A stretch of 52,759 bases of DNA from Stramenopiles sp. TOSAG23-2 (taxonomy: Eukaryota), in NCBI GenBank assembly GCA_900128395.1, contig LT649262.1, positions 1 to 52,759 of the forward strand. The letters are read 5' to 3'. The translations under genes and the position numbers were made by a program. Shown here one piece after another: positions 29,950 to 43,100 of the stretch (position 1 is the stretch's first letter; the number at the start of each line of letters is the position of its first letter). A model generated the notes under the pieces. That model searched no databases. It saw only the letters and a list, made by a program, of their open reading frames with translations, and had not been told where the DNA came from.

Positions 29950-30291
29950 TGTAAAGGGGCGGGGCCTATGAATACCTGGAATACAAATATAATATATATT
30001 TGATTTGTTGGGCCAGTGGGCACTATTTATTGATATAATAAATATAACAATATTTACCATTACATCTCGCATATTTTCCATCAAATTTCATCATTTTCAA
30101 CATTTTCGACCTAAATTCTTATAATTCCTTGTTTTGATGATGGATTTTTCATTTCATTACATGAAAACAAAGGAAAAACATTGAAAATACCTTTTTAAAC
30201 TTAGGCTCCACTAGTATATCATTTTTCCTATCAATTGGCAAAATAATTTTGACATTTCCCACGTTCAAGTCGAACACAATCCTCCGGTAGT

Positions 30292-32624
30292 ATGGTTCCA
30301 AATAGTCGTGTGAAAAAAAGAAAAGTAAAAGGTTCAACACGTGCAAATAACATGCAACGGCGAGGTCAACAAACAAAGTTAGATGTGAGAAGAAAAAGCG
30401 ATCGTGAACATAAAAAGCGACAAAAAAGAAATTCTGAAGAAAAATTTAGAAACAACAGCAACAGACACAAGTTTGATCAAAATGATCCATTGAGTCAGTC
30501 TATGACTGGCAACTATGATGGCAATTCACAAAGATCTAGTAACTCGCGGAAAAGACGTGCAGAAAATAACAATAGCAGCCCAACATGGCATGTTCGAAAT
30601 AATAATAATCGCAACAATAATTCTCGTCGTCAAAACCCACAACGGCAAGCAAGAAAAAAGCAGAAAAAAAATCGCACACCAGACGTAGTTGATTTATTAA
30701 GTGATGATGATGATGATGATGTAGATAATGGTCAAAGCGGTAGTAATAGCAGCAGTAATGTAAACGAGAAGAAAGATCTATCGCCATTAAAAATATCAAG
30801 ATTAGGTGCAGACGGCAAATTACAGTGGTTTGAATATGTCTTATTTGGAGAGTATGTTTTTGCATCGAATGACATCGAGTTAAGATTTGCCCCTGAAGGC
30901 CTTTTTATTGCGATAAAGTCACGAGCACTTAATCAACATAGCGATTTTTCCTTTACCATTGGAGTTGACGATATAAATGCCTGGACTTACGGGGATGAAA
31001 AAGCGCCGAGAATCGGAGGTTTAAGTCGAATTATTCAGATAACCTTGAACGAAAATCAGCAAGCATGGAATAAATTACAAAATCTCGACACAATCTTCAG
31101 AGGTAAATTTCCAAGGAGTAATGGCATTAATAATTCTATTTTCATTATTGTTGAAAACGAACATTTCCGACAATTTGAACATCAAATTGAATCGTATAAA
31201 ATACATGGGAGTGAGTTATCGCAAATGATTGAAACTAATGCATACTGGAAAAATGTTGAGATTATTGAAGAGGACACTGTGAATTGTTTAGGTAGCGGCA
31301 TTAATAAATATGTTCAAGTTGCTAATAATAGACCTACAAATACAAAAAGAAACATTACTTCTATGATGGATGGTGAAAGACGACGTAGTCCAAGAATAAA
31401 CGTTGATGGTGGTAGTAGTGGTAGCAGCAGCAATAATAATAATAACAATAATAACAGTAGCAGCAGTAATAGTAACAGTAGCAGTATCGCTTCGCGTACT
31501 CGTCGCAATCGTCATCGAAGGACTTCAGGTCCCGCAAAGCCTCTCTTTACGTATCCATTTCATCCAGAGAAACCGCGTGTAACTATAACTGATCATGATC
31601 GAAATCGATGTGAAGATGATTTTCTTAACGATAATCTTATTGATTTTTCATTGATGCGTCTTTCGAAAGAAAAATATCTGATTGAGGAAAAAGACCTTTA
31701 TATTTTCTCTTCGTTTTTTTACAAACGCTATATTCAAGGAAAGAGCAACTACCGTTCAAACAAACATTATGATAATACTATTAAAAGTAGAGAGGATCTT
31801 GCCTATTCGTATGTTGAGAAATGGACGAAGAATATTGATATATTCCAATGCAAATATCTTTTAATTCCAGTAAATAAAGATATTCATTGGAGTTTGCTTA
31901 TTGTATGTAATCCAGATAAAATTAATGTTCCAAAGGGTACAGCAGAAGATGATGATGACTACTTTTGTATTTATCATTTGGATTCATTAGGTTGTCATAA
32001 TACAAAAGCATTAACGATGAATATCTATACGTATCTTAAAAAAGCATGGAAAGTTATGAAAAAAAAGAAAGATGCTGATAAGAAAAAAGAAGGTGATACA
32101 AATAACAATGACGAGAAGAAAGAAGGCTTTGCAAGACTTAAATTTGATAAAGTCAAAGGTATTCCAAAACAAGCAAATTCTACTGACTGTGGTGTATTTG
32201 TTACATTGTATGCAGAACATTTTTTAAAATATCTTCTTGCAAGTGGGAAAAATATAGGAACCGTCACTAGAAGAATGTTCATTGAAAAGCAATACGATAA
32301 AATTTTTGGAATGAAATTTAGAGAGCGAGGCAATAATTTCTATCCATGGTTTAATTCTTCCAGATCAACGAAAGAAAGGTTTGCTCTTAAACGATTAATC
32401 GATGATAAAGAAGAACTTTATAACAATATTGGAAAACTTGAAAGGGACAAAGTAAAATATAAAGCATTAAAAAAGAAAGATAAAGAAAGTAATGACACAT
32501 CTAGTTCTAGCGGTATAAACGAAAAGGCAAATGATGTAGATAATGGTGGCAGTAATAAACATATAGGAAATGATGGTGCTATGTCATCAACTACGACGGC
32601 ACCCACAACAACAACGAGAGCTAG

Positions 32625-32657
<33 letters not shown>

Positions 32658-33123
32658 CAGCAGCAACACTGCTCAGACAAATGTAGTATTGCCTGCAAAC
32701 GAGACAGCAAATAACGCAGTCGAACCAAGATCGAGAACTTTTATAAGGCGATATACAAATCACGACGATGATGATGATGATGATGACGACGACGACGAAG
32801 AAAATAATGAGGTCGAAGAAGGAGCTAAAAATAATAGTATCGCACATGACGAGGGGGATGGTTCAGACACAGAAAATGAGTCGGATGAAATCGAGAATAA
32901 TGATATTGATCAACAAAATGCACTTGGAGAAAAAGGCGGAGACAATTATGATGATACTCAAAAAGTATCTTCAAGTGAGGAAGAAAGCGATGCTGATGAT
33001 GCTGATCTTGTAGAGGAGACAAAAGGAGAAGAAAGTCCAGGTTTATTTAGTCAGGCAGTTAGCAACGTTGGTAATGCTATGAATGCGGTGAAAGGTGCAA
33101 TGAAGAGGACTTTTGATTTTTGA
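30292..33123 (+). CDS. Ulp1-family SUMO protease, copy 2 (5'-truncated, divergent N-terminus)
   Basis: Same catalytic domain as copy 1. Homology to copy 1 begins abruptly at about 30259, mid coding region; the first ATG is 30292. Confidence 0.85.
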
Positions 33124-33404
33124 AAAGGATTTATCATATTTTGATACGTACCATACGTACGACTCGTATGCCTACGAGTATCATAAAAAATATTTTCATC
33201 GCATGTAAAATAAAATGTACGAAGCGTTCGTATATATTTTTCCTATAGATATATAATATATAATGTACGAGTATATTTGTAGTGTGAGATTAGTTTATGT
33301 GTTTCCTTTACTTGCATTTTTAAGTTGTCATATTTTTTACATTTTACACTTTACACTGCTGCTGGATAAATAAATATTTTTAATTCCAGTTAAAGTTTTT
33401 GTGT

Positions 33405-33722
33405 TTACTTGTAAGTTTCATTCACAGAAACTTTATTATTTTTATTCTTCGCTTGATTCAAAATAGCCTGTAATTGTTGATTTTGATATTCGGTATGTTT
33501 TGTGTATTGATTTTGTTGACGAGATCTTAATAATTCCCCTTGCGAACCTAGATTTTGCTGCGATTTACCAATAGCCCATTGCATAATATTATATCCGACT
33601 ACAATTGGTATTGAAAAATATACTACAAACATTACACGTTGACCATTTTTTGACAATGGAATTCTAAAATTATGAATTCTTTTTTTCAATCTTTCATGTT
33701 TTTCCGCTAAATTCGAAAACAT
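33405..33722 (-). CDS. Small single-TM protein (copy 2)
   Basis: Translation identical to 10864-11181. Confidence 0.7.
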   Translation of the reverse strand: MFSNLAEKHERLKKRIHNFRIPLSKNGQRVMFVVYFSIPIVVGYNIMQWAIGKSQQNLGSQGELLRSRQQNQYTKHTEYQNQQLQAILNQAKNKNNKVSVNETYK

Positions 33723-34180
33723 GTTCGAATATCTGTATATGTGTGCGCAGCGAAAATAAATACTAGTTATCTATATATGGTAGTATATATAACTGAAATT
33801 ATGTGATTGCTGATACTAAATGAGATACATATATATATATATATATATGCAATTTGATGGAATGTTCTTCTTCTTCGTACATCGTACATATATAATTAAT
33901 ATAGACGAAGTACATTTAAATGAAATCGAACAATTTTTTTTATTACTACTTTTTTGCTTCTTCTTCAGTCGAAATAAAATATAATAATTGTTGGATAATC
34001 CCTTAATTGTTTGTGCCTAGAGGGATCCGTGCCAGAAAATTGATTTTTTTTGAAAAAAGATTCAATAATAAAAAAAAGGAGACATGTACACGGGAATGTA
34101 CAGAATATATCTATCGTGTGATAAGATACAACAACAAATATATTGTGCAAAAATTAATACTACAATAATATCGAAATATT

Positions 34181-35170
34181 ATGCATGCTATATTAAAACA
34201 TCCGACCTTTCGGCAAACCAATAAAATATATTCAGGCATTGCAAAGAATGTTTTTGGGCGTCAACGAAATAACAGAATAATTTGCAAATTCAATAATTAT
34301 AATAATAATAGTGCTAGCAATTTCAATACAAGAGCGCCGGTGGTGGAAACTTCCACCAATATGATTGGAGTTGAAGGCCCATATAGTTCATACCCTGTGT
34401 TAGGTGCATATAAGCCAGCTGCAATGGCCAGTGTTGTCGATGGTATGCCAAGATATCCATCGTTAACATCAGCTGCTGGAATGTTAAGAGGTTCAGACTA
34501 TTTTGGAACAATAATCTTTGCCGTTTCAGGTTCAATAACTGCTGGTTCCTGCGGACTTGATGTGTTTGGTTGCTCTGTAATTGGTACCATAACTGCAATT
34601 GGTGGTGGTACTGTTCGAGATGCAATTATATTGCATAAGCAGCCATTTTGGGTAAATGAAGTGGAATATTTTTACATGGCTTTTTTAACTGCATTTTTTA
34701 CATTTTTTGCATGGCCATTAATACCTGATGATACCAAGATGATAAAAGATAAGAATGGTGGAGAGGGGTTTGCGTTATGGTTTGGTGATGCAATTGGTGT
34801 GGCTGCATTTACAATTATCGGTGCTATGAATGCATGTAGAATGTGCGTGCATCCAGGTCTTGCAATTGTTGCTGGTACGGTAACAGCAACGTTCGGAGGA
34901 TTAACTCGCGATGTAATATGTGGTTTACCAAGTTCAAATTCAAGAGGTCGTATATTGCATAGTGATTCAGATATCTATGCAAGTACGGCTGCAATTGGTG
35001 CTTCTTCTTATATGATTATGAGACATTTGAAATGTTCAATGGCAATACGTTTAATTTTTGGTTTAGGTAGTACTATTGGTGCAAGATATCTAGCAAAAGT
35101 GTATGACATTGGATTACCAACATGGAAACAAATGGATATGAAGATAACAAAGGAGAAGAATAAAGTATAG
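34181..35170 (+). CDS. TRIC / UPF0126 family membrane protein (copy 2)
   Basis: Translation identical to 11640-12629. Confidence 0.88.
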   Translation: MHAILKHPTFRQTNKIYSGIAKNVFGRQRNNRIICKFNNYNNNSASNFNTRAPVVETSTNMIGVEGPYSSYPVLGAYKPAAMASVVDGMPRYPSLTSAAGMLRGSDYFGTIIFAVSGSITAGSCGLDVFGCSVIGTITAIGGGTVRDAIILHKQPFWVNEVEYFYMAFLTAFFTFFAWPLIPDDTKMIKDKNGGEGFALWFGDAIGVAAFTIIGAMNACRMCVHPGLAIVAGTVTATFGGLTRDVICGLPSSNSRGRILHSDSDIYASTAAIGASSYMIMRHLKCSMAIRLIFGLGSTIGARYLAKVYDIGLPTWKQMDMKITKEKNKV

Positions 35171-35687
35171 TGTAGTTTGTTGTACACATTGAATAAAAAT
35201 CTTTCTGCGGGTTGTGTAAATGAAGGGGATATCTTTATTAGATTCACTTTTATTTTATTATAATGAAAACACCTGCTGTGTGCCGCCTATTAGTTAATTG
35301 AGCTACCACCTGGTGGTATAGAGCGCGTAGCAGCCGCCTATCCATGATGTGACTCGTATTTAATATGTCAGAGAGATAATTTTAATCAGGTTTAAGGTGG
35401 TAATCAAAAACGCGCAAACAACAAAAAAAACAAAAAAAATCAGCAGCAACCAACAAAAAAAGCACAAAACAAATAATTAAATACAAAAAAAGATTTGCAT
35501 TTATTCTATTTATAGATACAGTAGATGACAAACGTTTGTATATTAATTGTACTGTATTATATATAACAGGGTATGTGCATGTTTTTTGTATATTGTATTG
35601 TGTGTATCTTAAAACAAAAAAATTACGATATATAGATAAGTAAATTATTTAATACATAATCTTGTTGGAAAAAGTAAAAAAAAAAAT

Positions 35688-37385
35688 ATGGCGCTAATTA
35701 CTAAATCATTAATAATTAGTATATGTATTATTTTCTCAAATGTAATTAATATTTTATCATCAAATGATTTACCATTATATTTTCTTGATAAATTTGATGT
35801 AAACAATATTTATGGTCGTATTCGCGCTAAAGCAACAACAGCGACTGAGCTTTTACAATTTAAATCGCCACCTCTGAATTACACTGCCGGTGCAACCATT
35901 TTTGCTGCTTTTCAAAATAAAAGAAATAATGATGTGGATGAATATGAAATCTGGGCAGCCGTTGGAAGACCTGGTGAACCTAAAAATAATGATGATGGGG
36001 GGAATAATATTGTGAAGAAAAGCTCCTCATCAATAATAGGTGTTTCTATATTTCGATTTACTACAACAGATCTTATACATTACAGTAAACCATCCGAATT
36101 GCTTTTTCTTGAAAATGGTAGTGGTTCTCCTCCTGGTATGAACGATGGTAATGTGTGGACAGTAAAATCTATGGATCGGGATAGCACAAATCCAGCAAAA
36201 GCAACATATGTCTTGGTTGCTAGTTATTTTAATGGTATTCATACATTTATCAATTCTTTAGGTCCAGTTACAGATACGAATCATTTTATATTTACTCCAA
36301 CAACTGGTACTACTCACACTAGTAATTTTTTAGATCATGATGATGCTAATATTATATATGATATTCCACGAAAACGATGGATTGACATGCAAATTGAGTA
36401 TGAAAATTTAACACAACCAAAACGTTATTGTGATAATGTCTTAGGATGTCGAAGAACAGTTTCTGCACGTATTGGTTTGGATTTAATTGGTGAAAATTGG
36501 ACATCCGATCTTGGCTGTCTAGATAGACCTCAAACAGGCTCAAGATGTCAAACAGGGTTTAATGTATCTAACATGGTCCGTCCTAATGATGCGGCAAGAA
36601 TAAAACAAGGTAGATTACCGGATGAAGATCCACCAGAATTAGAATTTTATAGGATACGCCCATTTCGATTGCCTGGACAACCTACTAGAATTGCTGCACA
36701 TGTTTTATTATATGTTCCATCACCATCTGATGTAGTACAACTTCCAGAGTATGGTCGACAACCTTTGTGGCATTGTACAAGTGGATGTTGTCATGGCCCA
36801 CATATGTATGAAGAGTGGTGGATTGGTCCAGATAGTGGAAATCCTATTGATATGGAAGGATGGAGAAGACCATATGATCTTGAGACAAGAGCATTTCCCC
36901 ATGATATATGGGCAATGGAACAGCCGGTTTCGCACCAGGGTTATATGGTATGGGTTGATAATGGGCATGTATGGGGAATACCAGAACATCGTTTGGCCGG
37001 TTTAAACTCTGTATCAAATGGCGAGTTTTCAAGTAAATTCTTTTTATGGCCAGAGGTTAAAAAGCCAAATAATAGTAATACGCTTTGGTTGGAAGTAGAT
37101 GCAAAGTGGGGAGAGAAACCTGAAGTAGGCCCAGAGTGGTGTAAGGGAGGATGTAATGGTGTAGGTGGTAGTGATGAAGCACATGCTGCTTATGTTCAAG
37201 TTGAAATACGTGATTCGCATGGAAAAGTAATTCCAGGGTATGAAAAGAAAGATGCAACTTTTACAAATGTAAATGGTCGTGTAAAATTGAATTGGAAAAA
37301 TGGGTCTATTATAACTCCTGGAACAAAAGTGCAAGCTCATGTTTATTTTCGAGATGCTACGATATATGCTTTAGGATTTGATTGA
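35688..37385 (+). CDS. Secreted GH-like protein (copy 2)
   Basis: Translation identical to 13147-14844. Confidence 0.75.
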   Translation: MALITKSLIISICIIFSNVINILSSNDLPLYFLDKFDVNNIYGRIRAKATTATELLQFKSPPLNYTAGATIFAAFQNKRNNDVDEYEIWAAVGRPGEPKNNDDGGNNIVKKSSSSIIGVSIFRFTTTDLIHYSKPSELLFLENGSGSPPGMNDGNVWTVKSMDRDSTNPAKATYVLVASYFNGIHTFINSLGPVTDTNHFIFTPTTGTTHTSNFLDHDDANIIYDIPRKRWIDMQIEYENLTQPKRYCDNVLGCRRTVSARIGLDLIGENWTSDLGCLDRPQTGSRCQTGFNVSNMVRPNDAARIKQGRLPDEDPPELEFYRIRPFRLPGQPTRIAAHVLLYVPSPSDVVQLPEYGRQPLWHCTSGCCHGPHMYEEWWIGPDSGNPIDMEGWRRPYDLETRAFPHDIWAMEQPVSHQGYMVWVDNGHVWGIPEHRLAGLNSVSNGEFSSKFFLWPEVKKPNNSNTLWLEVDAKWGEKPEVGPEWCKGGCNGVGGSDEAHAAYVQVEIRDSHGKVIPGYEKKDATFTNVNGRVKLNWKNGSIITPGTKVQAHVYFRDATIYALGFD

Positions 37386-37863
37386 AAAAGAGGATGTTGA
37401 CGTGTGTAACTTTTTAGATAAATTTTACAAACAAAATTATCTCTTTTCTCTTATATATATACGTTCGTAATACAAAACACACACACATCATATAAAATTT
37501 CAACACTGGCTCGTAAATCTATCTTTCTCTACATCAATAATCAAGTTAAAGCTTAAATATTTTTTTTACTCCGGGCAAGCTAATAGCTATACCATTTTAA
37601 CCTTTATACACGATGATAGTACACACAGAATATGCGCGGTGTGGAAAAACTGGTAGCGTTATTATAAAAAGAAAATGTTATTGGATGGATAAAGTGATTG
37701 GCGATTTGAAAATGAATTTGGATTAAATGCTGTTCATAATATGAGTATGCATATATATATATGTATATATATATTATACGAATACGAACTTCGTATCATT
37801 TTAAAAAATATTACACCATATATATTCAATTTTTACTCGTACTACTTTTAAAAATCAAAAATC

Positions 37864-39477
37864 TTAAAGTCTACCCATATCTTTCAATATTTGTTGCACT
37901 TCTAAATAATTTTTCTCTGGACTTCCATGACGAGCTAAACCTTCTTTAAAACTATCCACCAACATGCAATAAATCGTCCCATCATTATCTTCAAATAATT
38001 TCAATGCATTTGCCAACATAAGAATTATACCACTACTTGCAGCATGATAATATTTATATTGTGCCCATGCTAAACCTATTGGGTATTCCGTATCACTAAC
38101 GCCATGCATTATCAATTCATTCCACCAAATTTCAACAACTTCTTTCTCTAGCATACACTTATGAAATTGATCTAAGCCTGACATGGAAATTAATTGGGCT
38201 ATATCTTTCACTGGTGGTCCGACGTCACTAACTTGCCAATCTAAAATAATTAATTCTTTTTTTGACATTTTCATATCATGTGTAGATATGTGATTATCAT
38301 CTCCATGATTAAATTGGCGTACAAATAAATTTTCTGTATGAAAATCACCATGAATTCTACTAAAACCTCCCATACTTGTAATTAATTCCACTAGATTATC
38401 AGCATTTATTACAGAGCGCCACTGTTCGCGAGGATGTTTACAACCCTTGCTCTTTGCTATATCGTATAATGGACAAAGCACGGCATTTTCAATTTCTTTT
38501 TCAAATGCTTCGATATTGTCTGCATCTCGCCATGGCTTTGTTTTCTCATAGTTTCCACTACGAGCTTTTTCCTTTGTTTTCGCCCAATCGGTCGAAAGCA
38601 ATGAAAATCCTCTAGCAAAATTAGCAAATCTTTCCTTTTTATTTATATTTTCCAGTAAACTTGCTGAATTCCAAAACTGTGCATGAAATGATGCAATAGC
38701 TTTTGCTGCTACTTTTATATATTGACAAGCTAAATGTACAGCTTTAGTATCATACAATGGTGATGGTATATCATATGGGGGTGATTTTTCACTGAAACGG
38801 GATTTAAATTCATCTGAAAATTCTTTTTGACTTCTTCCATCTCTTAAAATACCACTAATTGTTGATGATTTTACATACCCTTCATCTTGAACATAAGAGG
38901 CATCTTCTAATAATAAAATAAAATCTTTCGTCATCGTATCAACATTTGTATAATAATATGTGCATGTAGGTAAATCGTTTTCAGACAAGATAGTTTCATA
39001 TGTATTACATTCTCGATATAATCGAGTAGTCGTATTCAGTAAACTACCAAGAAAATCTCGGCGTGACATTTTCACTATCATTGACGGTGGTGGTTTCGAT
39101 ACATTTTCATCTGTTGAATTTGCATATTCTAGCTTTAACCTACCAGTTTGACCCGTTTGCCCAGCATCAATTTTCTGCACTTGCAATTTTGATATTTTTG
39201 TATTTCGACTTATTGCTTTTGTGGAATGTAGGACTTTCATCAACCATTCTTTTGTTATATCCTCTAAATTTTTAGGCTTATCATATTTTGATCGTTCCGA
39301 TGCAAAATATTCTTTCGTTTTTATATAAAGTCGTATCCATGCTGTATTTAATATGGATTTCAACAGTTCCCATCTGCCTAGGTATATCGCATCTGTATAT
39401 ATAACTTTCTTAAAAAACATATATACAGCAATTGCTGTAATTGCAATAGGCGTTGTTACTTTAATTATTGTTGACAT
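37864..39477 (-). CDS. EcKL/APH-like kinase (copy 2)
   Basis: Translation identical to 15323-16936. Confidence 0.85.
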   Translation of the reverse strand: MSTIIKVTTPIAITAIAVYMFFKKVIYTDAIYLGRWELLKSILNTAWIRLYIKTKEYFASERSKYDKPKNLEDITKEWLMKVLHSTKAISRNTKISKLQVQKIDAGQTGQTGRLKLEYANSTDENVSKPPPSMIVKMSRRDFLGSLLNTTTRLYRECNTYETILSENDLPTCTYYYTNVDTMTKDFILLLEDASYVQDEGYVKSSTISGILRDGRSQKEFSDEFKSRFSEKSPPYDIPSPLYDTKAVHLACQYIKVAAKAIASFHAQFWNSASLLENINKKERFANFARGFSLLSTDWAKTKEKARSGNYEKTKPWRDADNIEAFEKEIENAVLCPLYDIAKSKGCKHPREQWRSVINADNLVELITSMGGFSRIHGDFHTENLFVRQFNHGDDNHISTHDMKMSKKELIILDWQVSDVGPPVKDIAQLISMSGLDQFHKCMLEKEVVEIWWNELIMHGVSDTEYPIGLAWAQYKYYHAASSGIILMLANALKLFEDNDGTIYCMLVDSFKEGLARHGSPEKNYLEVQQILKDMGRL

Positions 39478-40128
39478 GCGTGGTTTATTTAACGTGTGAG
39501 TGTACTGTATATATAAATATAATTATATAATTTGACTGAGGATAACATATAAATAGACAAATATTTAATTTCTTCTTCATTTTCTTCTAAAATGTATCGT
39601 TTTTATATCATTAATATTATATTATTATTTGACTTTATTTAAAAATATGAGTGGTGAGGTGTGTGAGCTGGTGAAAAAAATGCGATGGACGGAGACGACA
39701 AAACCAGCTGGTCAGGGTTTGTTGGTTTGGTCTCATCAAAGTGGTCTCATCTCGGACTGTTCCCACTTTCTTATACTTGTTAGTATAAGATCAGCACTAC
39801 TAACAAATATAAAATTTGGTGAAGGCTGGTCACAGCCCTCGAATGAAACTCAGAATTTGGTTGACAGGTCCTGGAGGCCAAAAAATATCATACAATACTA
39901 TTACAATGCTATTTGAAAATGGTACATCTACACATACATTTGTATAAAAAATGTATTTGAACAATATTTATATCAATACAACGAATCGAATATCAGCTAA
40001 TAACAGTTAGAGCGGATCCTCTCTAATAACAGTATCTATGTTTCTAAAAAAATTTGGGAAATATTTTTTATAAAAATTATGCGTAAATTAATTATTTAAA
40101 ATTATACGCGTACAGTATTTTATTTCTT

Positions 40129-43100
40129 TTACTCAGATGATATTTTTCTCTTCTTGATTGCTCTACCACCGTTGCTACTACTGTTATCCTCCTCCATCAC
40201 CAACATTTGAACTGCATCATTATCACTATACTTCTCTTTCATTTGTTGTATGGTTGTGATAAAGTTTTTCTTAAGAGTTTCATTATTATTCATTAATTTT
40301 GTTAACATTGGTTTGAAATATGAAAGGACTATTACATTTATCATATCCGTTTCAAATTGCGACGTATATTTACCACATTTTTCACTGTATTTGCATAATG
40401 TGGAAAATAATAATTCATTAAAATTAGTTTCTACTAGATCGACTACCTTTACATGGTGTAAAAATTGATTTAATGCAGCACGAGTGAAAAATGTATCACC
40501 ATCAAGAATTTGCTCCATAGTAGCAGCAACAAATTGACGTAAAATAGAAAAGTACAATCCAAGCGATTTATTTGTTTCTCGAAGACGGTAATTTTTACGG
40601 TCATCAACCGTGCGTGCACATTGTAAATATGTAAATTTATTCAAATATATTTTCCAATCGTCAAATTTTAAATTGTCTGGTACCACATTTTTTTCTATAA
40701 ATGCTTTTTTAGCTACAAATGACTTCAAAATAGATGAACCGATCCTTGGCAATACGTTTCTCAGTATATAATCGTATGTATCGACGGTTTGTGTTTGCAT
40801 ATATTCTGGATTTAGTTTCATATTATGTGGCTTATCATCTTCTTCGTAGAAAATTTCATCGCTGTCTATACGTACTAATGCTTGACAAAAGTGATCTTTC
40901 TTTGATTTCAAAATTTCATTGAAGTAGGTATAGCCATACGTATCTTTTCGAAGGCAACTTGATGATGAGCCAAAGCAAACCCAACGTGAAATTTGACGCA
41001 AAAGTAAATTTTCAGTCGGCAATTTAAATTTAGTTGGAAATTCAATGTTATCATCATGCAATCTTGGACTTGTAACGCTTGTTTCATTAACAGTTTCCTT
41101 AGTAAGGTCAGCACCACCAAGCAAAGATGGTCCTGGAAATGCCTGCAGTACGTTATCATCATTATCAACAGCCATCATATTGTCACTATTTTCATTCACA
41201 TTTGCACTATCATCCGTAAGTAACGACCGTCGGTAGATACCAGTTAGAACACTATGAAGTTGCTGTTTAATTACTGGGGAATCTAATATCATTAAAATAT
41301 CAAGCAAACCTCGCATCACATCTTCCTTTAGAAACTCCGTCGGGCCAGCTCTTGATTTCGAAACACTTCTACTATCCCTACTGCCAGACTGTGCATATGA
41401 ACTTCGGCTACCTGAGCGCGTGGTTCTGCTTGTTGAAATACTTTTCTTTGGTCGTATCATCGGCGAATGGCTTTTTTTTCTTTTCCGATTTGACTTCTTT
41501 ACCTCTTGTACAAATGTCAAATTGCTAAACATGTCTTTTTCTTTTTGTATGAATCTATTGAACTTTTCATTGGACAGATTGAACAATAATGCATTGTCAT
41601 ATATCAAATACATATCATCTACAAATGCTTGTGGGTGTGCATATATTTTATTATCTAAGTTTTTCCTGATGGTCAAATAATCCATTGGACGTTCAATCAT
41701 ACTGGTATAATGTGGAAACCTTGTGATTGAAACAGGGATGCTAAAAAAATACTGGAAATTCGGATTTGTTCTTTGTTCATCCGATTTACAACACTGAAGC
41801 AAACAATCCAACATCTTTTTGTACATAATGTCTCCTGATTGCATATTCTTATTTTCCCCTGGGAATGGTGGTTCTTCATTTAAAAATTTATCTACTATCT
41901 TTTCAAGTTTATCCTTGGAATATTTCGCCCAAGAATAGAAAAATGCGTCCTTATATTGTTTGTAATGCTCCATGCAATCATCATAGATTCTATTCATATC
42001 TGCAACAAACATCGCTTCAGCATTTTCATTGTTATATTCCTCGTTCCTTATTTTATCATTAATATGTGCTAATGTGAAAACACCACTACGTGCAAAATAT
42101 TTACCACCTTTTATTAGCGCTTTAACTGTCCTATCTTTTAAATTCTTTGGAAAAACGCCTTTGTATGGATCATTTTTCACAGCATTTCTAAGATAAAGAT
42201 AACATTTCTCAACACGCTGATTTTTTGATAGATGCACTACAAATCTCTTTTGATTAGAACTTCCACTATATTGAGCGAACCCTGCTAACATTTTATTTGA
42301 TACGTTATTATTATTTTTGTTGTTGTTTTGCCAACCTTTTTGTCGACCTCTTCTTGGTGGCGTATAGAGCCCAACTTTTTTTAATTCTTCCGTAAATTTT
42401 TTTTTCAGTTCTCTTTTTTTTGTATTTGATGTTGCCACCATACTTTTTCTTATCTTCTGATTATACACACTGTGGCTTGAATTGTGGTACTTTATACAGT
42501 TGTCAAAGATTAAATTTACATCATTTTGAAATTCTATTTTTGAGGTATATTTGTTGTCATTTAATGACTTTTCAACTTCAAAAAATGACATAGGACGTTC
42601 AATAAATTCTGTGTATTTATTTAATGTGAGCAATACATCCACCTTTGCAAATAATCCACTCGGATCTGCATTTTTCATATACTGCAATGTTGATGACATT
42701 GCATTCTTTAAACCTTCCGGATTGCTATTTTGATTTGTACCTGTCGCTTCAACAATAAGACTTTGACCACCTGCTGGTATTTGGGCAGTCACAGATGCCG
42801 AAACTTGGTTAGTTGGGCTTGCAATCTTATCATTGTTAGATTTAATTTCTTCAGTTTTCACAGGTGCTAATGCTGTTGTACTTGTAGTTGTCGTCGTCGT
42901 CGTCGTCGTCGTTGTTGTTGTTGTTGCTACTTCTGCTGTTGCTGTTTTCATTTTGTTGGATACAGGATTGCTATTGCTACTTCCACCTGCGGTAGATATT
43001 ATCGGTGAAGTAGAAGACGTAGAAATGGCTGGTTTTGACTGACTCTTAGAGATAGTCCTTGGCCGACCACGACCACGTGATTTACTTTTTGATTTTCGTT

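Larger units (their letters stand above)
8587..30218 (+). repeat. Segmental tandem duplication, copy 1 (period 22,541 bp)
   Basis: Every ORF from 8747 to 30084 recurs at +22541 with the same length and translation, apart from one residue in a shadow ORF at the 10144 SNP. Identity begins at TAATAATTCTATTT, 8587/31128. Confidence 0.98.
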
